A stretch of 64,000 nt of DNA. Source: Pelagibacteraceae bacterium AG-333-C14 (lineage in GTDB: Bacteria; Pseudomonadota; Alphaproteobacteria; Pelagibacterales; AG-422-B15). Shown one piece after another: positions 55,185-62,508 of this stretch. The position numbers and the translations under genes were made by a program. The notes below the pieces were generated by a model. It ran no database searches. It was not told the DNA's origin and saw only the letters and a list, made by a program, of their open reading frames with translations. How positions within the stretch are numbered: position 1 is the stretch's first letter; each line of letters begins with the position of its first letter. The DNA is taken from the NCBI GenBank assembly GCA_003282485.1, contig QBZD01000002.1, positions 4,769 to 68,768 on the forward strand, written 5' to 3'.

Positions 55185-56524
55185 ATGATAATTCCTCTAT
55201 AAAAATTGCGCGACTAATAACACTTGAGAAAAAGTTTCGTAATGCAGAAACTGAAACTGAGCTTACTTTTATTTGTGCCAATGAACTGCGAAGCATAGTT
55301 GATTATAATTTTTTATTCCTTCTCAACAGATCAAGTATAAATCGATTAAAAGTACATACTATTTCTGACCTATCAATTATCGATAGAACAGCACCAACGG
55401 TTACTTTTGTTGAAACATTAATAAATAAAAAAGATCTAGTCAGCTTTGAGGATATTTCGGAATTTAATCTCAACGATACTTCAATAAAAGACTTAAATCT
55501 TATTACTCCTGATAATTTTCCTAAACAATTAATATTTATTCCTCTACGTTCGCGGATTGAAAAAAATATTGGGTATCTAGTCATGGTTAGATCAGAAGTA
55601 ATCAGCAACTCTGAAAAAGATCTTTTACTTCATATTTCAGAAACTTTTAGTCATGCACTCAACTCTTTTAGGTCAAAAAATACAATCATTTCAAATATCA
55701 ACCGTTTATTTACTGGATGGATTAAATGGGCAGTGATTGCTTCTGTAACGGCAGTAATGTTTTTTCCAATTAGTATGACAGCTTTAGCGCCCGTTGAAGT
55801 AGTTGCAAAAGATCCAACCGTTGTGACTTCACCTGTAAATGGCGTGGTAAAAGAAGTTTTAATTAAGACCAATGAAAACGTAAAGCCAGGGACAGAACTT
55901 GTCAGATTGGATGATTTAAATTTTAAAAATCAGTATGAAATTGCGCTTCAAGAGCTTGAAGTGGCAGAAGCAGAGCTTTTACGCATCAAGCAGTCATCAT
56001 TTACAAATCCAGATGACAAAGCTCGTTTAGTTGAGCTATCAACAGAAGTAGGATTGAGAAAAAAAGAAGCAGCATATGCTGAAGAACAATTGAAATACTC
56101 AATCATCTATGCAGACAGAGAAGGTATTGCTGTTGTTGAAGACTTTACTGATTGGCAAGGGAGGCCAGTTAACATTGGAGAAAAAATATTAACCATAGCT
56201 GATCCTGAACAAATTGAATTTCAAATCTTCTTACCCACTAAAGACTCTCTTTTGATTAAAAAAGAAGCAAGAGTAAAAGTTTTTTTAGATAGTGACCCTC
56301 TCAATTCTTTAGACGGTAAGGTATTGCGTACTTCATATAAACCCGCACTTACATCTGAGAATATTTTAGCTTATAAGATCGTTGCAAATTATCATGACAG
56401 TCAAGGTGAGGTTCCAAGGATTGGTTTACGTGGTACCGCTAAGATTTATGGCGAAAAGACAAGTATTTTTTATTACATATTCCGTGTTCCTATAAATCTC
56501 ACGAGACAGTTTTTAGGATTTTAA
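55181..56524 (+). CDS. membrane-fusion (HlyD-like) protein with a cytoplasmic GAF-like N-domain
   Basis: 447 aa. A soluble N-domain of about 170 aa is followed by one TM ('WIKWAVIASVTAVMFFPISM'), then 'VVTSPVNGVVKEVLIKTNENVKPGTELVRLDD', a coiled coil and 'IIYADREGIAVVEDF'. 4-nt overlap with the upstream gene. Confidence 0.75.
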   Translation: MNDNSSIKIARLITLEKKFRNAETETELTFICANELRSIVDYNFLFLLNRSSINRLKVHTISDLSIIDRTAPTVTFVETLINKKDLVSFEDISEFNLNDTSIKDLNLITPDNFPKQLIFIPLRSRIEKNIGYLVMVRSEVISNSEKDLLLHISETFSHALNSFRSKNTIISNINRLFTGWIKWAVIASVTAVMFFPISMTALAPVEVVAKDPTVVTSPVNGVVKEVLIKTNENVKPGTELVRLDDLNFKNQYEIALQELEVAEAELLRIKQSSFTNPDDKARLVELSTEVGLRKKEAAYAEEQLKYSIIYADREGIAVVEDFTDWQGRPVNIGEKILTIADPEQIEFQIFLPTKDSLLIKKEARVKVFLDSDPLNSLDGKVLRTSYKPALTSENILAYKIVANYHDSQGEVPRIGLRGTAKIYGEKTSIFYYIFRVPINLTRQFLGF

Positions 56525-58630
56525 ATGATCGTTCCATATCTAAGACAAGATTTAAAATTGAGCGAGGGTCCCAAAAAAGAGGATGGCTCTTCATCATGGC
56601 TTCTATATGACTCTTTAAGAAATAAATATTTTTCGATAAATAAAAATGCTTTTGATCTTTTAAATAATTGGTCAAGTGGATCTCAATTAGAAGATTTTAT
56701 AAAAAAAATTAATGAAACTAAATTATTAGTAACTAAAGAAGAAATAAGTGAGTTCATAAATTTTCTTGATCAAAATAATTTAACGATCAAAAAAACAAGT
56801 GAAGAAATTAAATCTTTAGTAGTTCAAAAAAACAAAACCAATAAACATTGGTTGCTCAAACTTATTCACAATTATCTATTTTTCAAAATACCGTTAGTAA
56901 GACCTGGTACTTGGCTTCAAAGAAGTTTACCCATTGCCTTATTCTTGAGCTCATTAACAATCAGACGTATTATTTATGGGCTAGGTTTAATCGGAATATT
57001 TTTGACAATAACTAATTATGAGAATTTCCTTTCAACCTTTTCATATTTCTACAACATTAATGGTCTGATCTTATTTGGAATTACAATTGTTTTTGTAAAA
57101 GCATTACATGAGTTGGGTCATGCATATGTAGCTACATACTATAAGTGTAAAGTTTCATCAATTGGCTTAGCCATGTTGGTTTTCTTTCCATTCTTGTATA
57201 CGGATACATCCGATGCCTGGAAACTCACTGATCACAGAAAGCGTTTACTAATAAATTTTGCAGGCATGTTAACTGAACTGCACCTAGCCTTAATTGCTAC
57301 ATTTGCATGGGCCGTATTTCCTGAGGGCATCATGAAAAGTGCAGCATTTTTCATTGCTACATCAAGCTGGATCTCATCTTTATTGATCAATATAAGTCCT
57401 TTTATGAGGTTTGATGGCTATTATGTGCTATCAGACTTTCTTAAAGCTGAAAATTTGCAACCACGCTCATTTGCTTTAGGTCGATGGCAGATAAGAGAGT
57501 GGCTTTTTGGTTTTAAATTTCAACCACCTGAACAGTTGATAGCTAACAGAAGGTGGACTTTTATAATTTACGCATGGGCTACGTGGATTTATCGTTTCTT
57601 CATTTTTATTGGTATTGCATTATTGGTTTACTATTTAACATTTAAAATATTAGGAATTATTTTATTTGTAATAGAAATTGTATGGTTCATTTTATTGCCG
57701 ATTGTCAGAGAAGTCATACAATGGTGGAAGCTTAGAAAATCTATGAAATTCAATAGATCTTCTATGAGGTCAATGATCTTATTTGCAGTTTTTATGTTTG
57801 CTATGCTTGTTCCATGGCGCACATCCCTTAGTTTGCCAGCTGTTATTGAAGAAGGTGTTGTTCTTGATATCTTTGCCTCTGAAGATTCAAAGATAAGAAA
57901 GGTTTTTGTTTCGCATGATCAATACGTAGCTGAAGGAGACTTGCTTGTTATTATGGCCAACCCATTGATCTCTAATAAAGTCGAAAAAGCAATTGACCGC
58001 GTGAAAATGATTCAGCAAAAACTTGATCGTAGAGTGGGATCAGAACTTGATCTTAGCAATCTACTAATACTTGAGAACGAATTACAAAAAGAGATTGAAA
58101 TTCTGAATTCATTGAAAGAAGAAAACAAAGCTTTATCAATTTATGCACCATCAGATGGCATAATAAAAGATTTGATAAGTCTAACCGCTAATCAATGGGT
58201 AAATAAAAAAGATAAGCTATTTTCAATTGTTCAGTCAGAAGAAGTGCAAGTGAAAGCTTTTGTTAGCGAGACGGATCTTGATAAAATAAAAAAAGTTTCA
58301 AGTGGTTACTTTCATGCAAAAAATAATGAATTTGCGAAAGTCAAAGTCGAATTAGTATCATCAAATGTAACTTCAACCGAAGAGTTGCCGTATTTGGCTC
58401 TGACCTCAACTTATGGAGGCACAATTGCATCAAGAGAAATACTTGGAAAGAAACAGGTTCAGAGACCTGAAAATGCTGTTTATCAACTAAATTTCACTTC
58501 CTTAGAAAACCTAAAAGATTTGCAATGGCAGACAGCTGGATCTGTTAAAATAGATTCTGAGAATTATAATATTTTTCAAAATATATTTAATGCTACTACC
58601 TCAATACTCATCCAGGAAAGTGGGTTCTAG
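56525..58630 (+). CDS. fusion protein: PqqD/RRE-like N-domain, polytopic M50 (site-2-protease family) zinc metalloprotease and C-terminal HlyD-like adaptor domain
   Basis: 701 aa. 'KALHELGHAYVA' gives HExxH in a TM helix and 'FMRFDGYYVLSD' is a candidate third zinc-ligand motif, with about 8 TM. C-terminal 'DIFASEDSKIRKVFVSHDQYVAEGDLLVIMANP', a coiled coil and 'IYAPSDGIIKDLI'. The N-terminal 'WLLYDSLRNKYFSINKNAFDLLNNWSSGSQLEDFIKKI...EFINFLDQNNL' is PqqD-like. Its ATG directly abuts the upstream stop. Confidence 0.8.
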   Translation: MIVPYLRQDLKLSEGPKKEDGSSSWLLYDSLRNKYFSINKNAFDLLNNWSSGSQLEDFIKKINETKLLVTKEEISEFINFLDQNNLTIKKTSEEIKSLVVQKNKTNKHWLLKLIHNYLFFKIPLVRPGTWLQRSLPIALFLSSLTIRRIIYGLGLIGIFLTITNYENFLSTFSYFYNINGLILFGITIVFVKALHELGHAYVATYYKCKVSSIGLAMLVFFPFLYTDTSDAWKLTDHRKRLLINFAGMLTELHLALIATFAWAVFPEGIMKSAAFFIATSSWISSLLINISPFMRFDGYYVLSDFLKAENLQPRSFALGRWQIREWLFGFKFQPPEQLIANRRWTFIIYAWATWIYRFFIFIGIALLVYYLTFKILGIILFVIEIVWFILLPIVREVIQWWKLRKSMKFNRSSMRSMILFAVFMFAMLVPWRTSLSLPAVIEEGVVLDIFASEDSKIRKVFVSHDQYVAEGDLLVIMANPLISNKVEKAIDRVKMIQQKLDRRVGSELDLSNLLILENELQKEIEILNSLKEENKALSIYAPSDGIIKDLISLTANQWVNKKDKLFSIVQSEEVQVKAFVSETDLDKIKKVSSGYFHAKNNEFAKVKVELVSSNVTSTEELPYLALTSTYGGTIASREILGKKQVQRPENAVYQLNFTSLENLKDLQWQTAGSVKIDSENYNIFQNIFNATTSILIQESGF
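57107..57121 (+). other. HExxH zinc-binding motif (HELGH) of the M50 protease domain
   Basis: cat gag ttg ggt cat, in frame with the 56525 ORF (residues 195-199), inside a hydrophobic segment. Confidence 0.8.
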
Positions 58631-58636
58631 TATAAT

Positions 58637-60679
58637 CTAATTTTTATATTTTTCTAAACAGAGTAAAAAAGCATTATCGAGACAACTTTCCTCTAAAGCA
58701 TTTAATCGTCCACTCTTACCGGCATGACCACCTACTAAATTCATCTTCATTAATATTGGATTATCTGAGGTACTATTTTCTCTTAGTTTTGGGACATATT
58801 TGGCTGGTTCGTAATACTGAACTTGAGAGTCATAAAGGCTGGATGTCACTAAGACAGCAGGATAATTTGACGGTCTAATATTATCGTAGGGGGAGTAACT
58901 TTTAATATAATTATACTCATCCTCATTCGCTGGATTACCCCATTCTTTATATTCAAAAGTAGTTAGGGGAATCGTTTCATCTGACATCGTAGTCACTACA
59001 TCTACAAAAGGAACTGCTGCTATAATGCCTGTATATAATTCTGGCTCCATATTAATGATTGCTCCCATTAAAAGACCGCCAGCACTTCCACCCATTGCAT
59101 ATATATTTTTAGAATTGCCATACCCTTGATTGACTAGTGATTTTGTTGCATCAATAAAATCATAAAATGTATTTTTTTTATTAAAGATTTTACCATCATC
59201 GTACCACTGCCGACCCATCTCAGATCCACCTCTGATATTGGCGACAGCAAATACGAAACCCCGATTGAGTAGGGGTAAGATGGACGTTCTAAAAGCTGCA
59301 TCAATTATAATGCCATAAGAACCATAGCCATAAATAAGGATAGGAGCTTGAGATAAGTTAGTCCCTCTTTTATATACTAGTGATACAGGAACTTTTGTAT
59401 CATCACGGGCAGTAATTTTAAGTCTTTCCACCTCATATAGATTTTCATCGTAATTGTTTACAGGCTGCTGCCATGCCAACTCAATCCTACCTGACTCAAT
59501 ATCCTCTTTGAATATTGAACTAGGTTTCTTTGGACTCGAATACCCATAGTAAAATTCAGTATCAAGGTACTCATTATTGGTTGCTAAATAGCAGGAAAAG
59601 GCAGGGTCAGTAAATTCAATATAATTCCTATCGAGTGTTTCTCTGTTAATTTTTACTATCTTGGGCAGTCCGTCTTCTCTTATCTCTAAATAAAGATATT
59701 GAGGAAAAGTGACAAAATCTTCAATTAAAATAGCATCATCATGCTCAACAACAGTTTGCCAACTATTAAAACTATTAATTTGATCTATGGTAAATTTTAA
59801 AATTGAGAAATTTTTTTTATTTTCTGCATTACTGCTGACGTAGAAACACCCTGGTGTGTCTTCAATGGAATAAAGATGCTTATCGGAACGTTTGAGTACA
59901 CAAAACGGTTGACCGATTTCATCATCTAGATCAAGTAACCATGTCTCTGAAGACTCAGTTTTACTAGTATAGATATTTAAATATTTTTTTGTACGTGATT
60001 CATAAATATGAAGATGAAACTCTGAATCATTTTCCTCATAGATAAGAACATCTTCTTTTGGATCAGTTCCAATTTTGTGTTTAAAAACCTTATTTTCTAT
60101 CAAAGTAACAGGATCTTTTTGAGCATAGTAGAATGAAGTATTCTTCTTGTCCCAAACAATGCTCCCAGAGCTCCTCTCAACTTTACTGTCTATAATTTTG
60201 CTGGTCGTTAGATCTTTAACTTTTATGTTGTATTCTCTTCGACCCGATAGATCTTCTGCATAAGCAATTAAAAGATTATTTGGCGATGGCGTTATTGATG
60301 TAATATTTATATAATCTAAGCCCTCAGCCAGCGCATTTACATCAATAACTAACTCTTTATTTCCATTGAGCTCTCGATAGTATGTTTTATATTGCTGTTC
60401 TGAGTTAATTTCAGAGTAATACAGATAATCTCCGTATTTAATTTTTATTGAAACCTCTTTTGGTGGTATGAAACTAACTAATTCATCATAAATTTCTTTA
60501 CGGCAATCATTATTTTTTTCAAACCAATCTTCTAAGTAATTATTTTCTTCCTCTAAATAAGAAATAATTTCTGGATCTTTACGCGTATCATCTCTGAGCC
60601 AGTAATAATTATCAACACGTTCTTCGCCATGGGCAATATGAATTTTAGGAATCTTTTTTGGTTGTGGAGGTCTCATCAT
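58637..60679 (-). CDS. ptrB: oligopeptidase B (protease II), S9 prolyl oligopeptidase family
   Basis: 680 aa. The N-terminus 'HGEERVDNYYWLRDD' is the PtrB hallmark. Also a beta-propeller region, 'GGSAGGLLMG' (nucleophile Ser), and downstream Asp/His segments ('YDSQV', 'GGHAG'). Confidence 0.85.
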   Translation of the reverse strand: MMRPPQPKKIPKIHIAHGEERVDNYYWLRDDTRKDPEIISYLEEENNYLEDWFEKNNDCRKEIYDELVSFIPPKEVSIKIKYGDYLYYSEINSEQQYKTYYRELNGNKELVIDVNALAEGLDYINITSITPSPNNLLIAYAEDLSGRREYNIKVKDLTTSKIIDSKVERSSGSIVWDKKNTSFYYAQKDPVTLIENKVFKHKIGTDPKEDVLIYEENDSEFHLHIYESRTKKYLNIYTSKTESSETWLLDLDDEIGQPFCVLKRSDKHLYSIEDTPGCFYVSSNAENKKNFSILKFTIDQINSFNSWQTVVEHDDAILIEDFVTFPQYLYLEIREDGLPKIVKINRETLDRNYIEFTDPAFSCYLATNNEYLDTEFYYGYSSPKKPSSIFKEDIESGRIELAWQQPVNNYDENLYEVERLKITARDDTKVPVSLVYKRGTNLSQAPILIYGYGSYGIIIDAAFRTSILPLLNRGFVFAVANIRGGSEMGRQWYDDGKIFNKKNTFYDFIDATKSLVNQGYGNSKNIYAMGGSAGGLLMGAIINMEPELYTGIIAAVPFVDVVTTMSDETIPLTTFEYKEWGNPANEDEYNYIKSYSPYDNIRPSNYPAVLVTSSLYDSQVQYYEPAKYVPKLRENSTSDNPILMKMNLVGGHAGKSGRLNALEESCLDNAFLLCLEKYKN

Positions 60680-60717
60680 TGTCTAATATATTACTGATAT
60701 TTTTTTCTTCAATCTTG

Positions 60718-60791
60718 TGGTGCCCCATACCGGTTACGCTCCGGTGGCTGACCATTACCAATGGCCTGCTTTACTATTAAGCGAATGGGGC
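60718..60791 (-). tRNA. tRNA-Thr(GGU)-like cloverleaf with a non-canonical T-loop and encoded CCA (possible atypical tRNA, pseudo-tRNA or tRNA-like leader)
   Basis: Hand fold of the - strand, 74 nt. Acceptor GCCCCAU/AUGGGGC is 7 perfect bp. U8. D-stem GCUU/AAGC with loop AAUAGUA. Anticodon stem GGCCA/UGGUC has one G-U, with loop UUGGUAA (U33, anticodon GGU, A37). Variable loop AGCC. T-stem ACCGG/CCGGU (G53-C61). T-loop is AGCGUAA rather than UUCRANY. Discriminator A, then CCA. G1-C72, C2-G71 and G35U36 fit known ThrRS identity elements. G19, T54, psi55 and A58 are not canonical. Confidence 0.5.
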
Positions 60792-60980
60792 AGAGTTTTT
60801 ACGCTTCATATCAATAACTTATAAAGTAGATTTTGTAAATTTTTGGAGAATACCATGAGGCCAATCTACTTTTTAATCGGGGACAATTGTTTTCACAAAA
60901 TATGCTATGGTAATTGCTATTTGATAGGTTAAGTGAGTATATTTTCATGTATAATAAACAATATTTAAGCGGGAGATAAT

Positions 60981-62237
60981 TTGAAAAAATATTCAGTATT
61001 TAGTCTTTTTAAGAATGCTCTTAATCATCATGAGGATTGGGATGTGGCATGGAGAGATCCTGAGCCCAAGAAAGAATATGAAGCCGTTATTATTGGTGGA
61101 GGTGGTCATGGTTTAGCGACGGCTTATTATTTGGCAAAATATTACAATCTTAGAAATATTGCTATCCTTGAAAAAGGTTGGATTGGTGGAGGAAACGTTG
61201 GAAGAAATACAACAATTTTAAGATCAAATTACATGCACGATGCAAATAATTTGTTTTATGAAAAAGGTATGCAGATGTGGAGAGACTTAAGTCAGGAATT
61301 GAATTACAACGTCATGTATTCACCAAGGGGAATCTTAAATCTTGCTCATTCAGACGCTCAGCTAAGTGCATACGCTAGGAGAGGTAACTCAATGAAGTTG
61401 AATGGTATCGATGCATCTCTATTGGGTCGGGAAGAAGTAAGAAAGAAAATTCCATTTGCGGATTTTACTGAAAATGCTCGCTTTCCTATTTTTGGGGGAC
61501 TGCTCCAACCAATTGGTGGAACAGCCAGACACGATGCTGTCGCATGGGGATACGCTAGGGCGGCCGATGACATGGGAGTGGACATTATTCAACATTGTGA
61601 GGTTACTGGCTTTGATGTCGATAATGGCAAAGTTAGTGGAGTTCAAACATCTAAGGGATATATCAAAACACACAAAGTTGGGCTGTGTGTAGCTGGAAGC
61701 ACTTCAATTTTAGCTGAGAAATTAAATATGACTCTTCCCATTGAAGCGCACGTACTTCAAGCTTGTGTTTCAGAACCTGTAAAACCTTTGCTTGATGGAG
61801 TAGTGACTTTCGGCGCAGGACACTTTTATTGCAGCCAGTCTGATAAAGGTGAAATGGTTATGGGAGGAGATTTAGATGGTTATAATAGTTATGCTCAAAG
61901 AGGAAATTTGCCAACTATTCAACATGTGCTAACTGAAGGTGTTGCACTTTTCCCAAATTTAAGCCGATTAAAAATTTTAAGAACATGGGGTGGGATTATG
62001 GACATGTCCATGGACGGGTCTCCTATCATTGATAAAACTCATATTGAAGGAGTATACTTGAACTGCGGTTGGTGTTATGGTGGCTTTAAAGCAACTCCCG
62101 TTTCAGGGTTAACGTTTGCCCACACAATGGCATGTAATGAACCTCACGAATTAAATATTCCATTCAAATTAAATCGATATCACACAGGGCACTTAATTGA
62201 TGAAAAAGGACTAGGTACAAAAACCTGGATTAGTTAA
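60981..62237 (+). CDS. soxB: sarcosine oxidase subunit beta
   Basis: 418 aa with the 'VIIGGGGHGLATAYYLA' FAD fold and SoxB-like N-terminus 'YSVFSLFKNAL...W'. TTG start preceded by a GGGAGA Shine-Dalgarno sequence 5 nt upstream. Confidence 0.85.
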   Translation: MKKYSVFSLFKNALNHHEDWDVAWRDPEPKKEYEAVIIGGGGHGLATAYYLAKYYNLRNIAILEKGWIGGGNVGRNTTILRSNYMHDANNLFYEKGMQMWRDLSQELNYNVMYSPRGILNLAHSDAQLSAYARRGNSMKLNGIDASLLGREEVRKKIPFADFTENARFPIFGGLLQPIGGTARHDAVAWGYARAADDMGVDIIQHCEVTGFDVDNGKVSGVQTSKGYIKTHKVGLCVAGSTSILAEKLNMTLPIEAHVLQACVSEPVKPLLDGVVTFGAGHFYCSQSDKGEMVMGGDLDGYNSYAQRGNLPTIQHVLTEGVALFPNLSRLKILRTWGGIMDMSMDGSPIIDKTHIEGVYLNCGWCYGGFKATPVSGLTFAHTMACNEPHELNIPFKLNRYHTGHLIDEKGLGTKTWIS

Positions 62238-62240
62238 AAA

Positions 62241-62507
62241 ATGTTAGAAATTAAATGTCCATATTGTGGAAATAGATCTCAAAATGAATTTGCTTATGGT
62301 GGAGATGCTACAGTTAAAAGGCCAGAACTTAACAGTATGATCTCTGATCAAGAATGGGATGAGTTTGTTTATTATCGTAAAAATCCAAGAGGTAACCATT
62401 TAGAATTATGGCATCATGTATCGGGCTGCCGCCAATGGTTTAAAGTTTTTAGGAACACAGCTACACATGAAATTATCCAAACAATGGAAATGAAAGAAAA
62501 CCCTTAA
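62241..62507 (+). CDS. soxD: sarcosine oxidase subunit delta
   Basis: 88 aa. 'IKCPYCGNRSQNEFAYGGDA ... HVSGCRQWF' is the SoxD zinc-ribbon pattern. Positioned between soxB and soxA. Confidence 0.85.
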   Translation: MLEIKCPYCGNRSQNEFAYGGDATVKRPELNSMISDQEWDEFVYYRKNPRGNHLELWHHVSGCRQWFKVFRNTATHEIIQTMEMKENP

Positions 62508-62508
62508 A

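Noticed and set aside
44429-60800. The adhesin/secretion cluster as a mobile genomic island integrated at the tRNA-like element.
   Set aside because: No integrase, transposase, excisionase or recognisable direct repeat of the tRNA 3' half was seen in the window. The apparently higher GC of the giant gene is explained by its Gly/Asp/Thr/Ala-rich repeats. I keep this only as a minor alternative under the tRNA-like finding.
60700-60980. A glycine or other riboswitch in the soxB 5' region. My first reading of the GC-rich structured block was as a + strand leader.
   Set aside because: I could not find a glycine-riboswitch core or a SAM-II/V-like pseudoknot consensus. The block folds much better as a - strand tRNA-type cloverleaf with U8, A14, U33 and CCA. 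Only a covariance-model scan can fully exclude a riboswitch.
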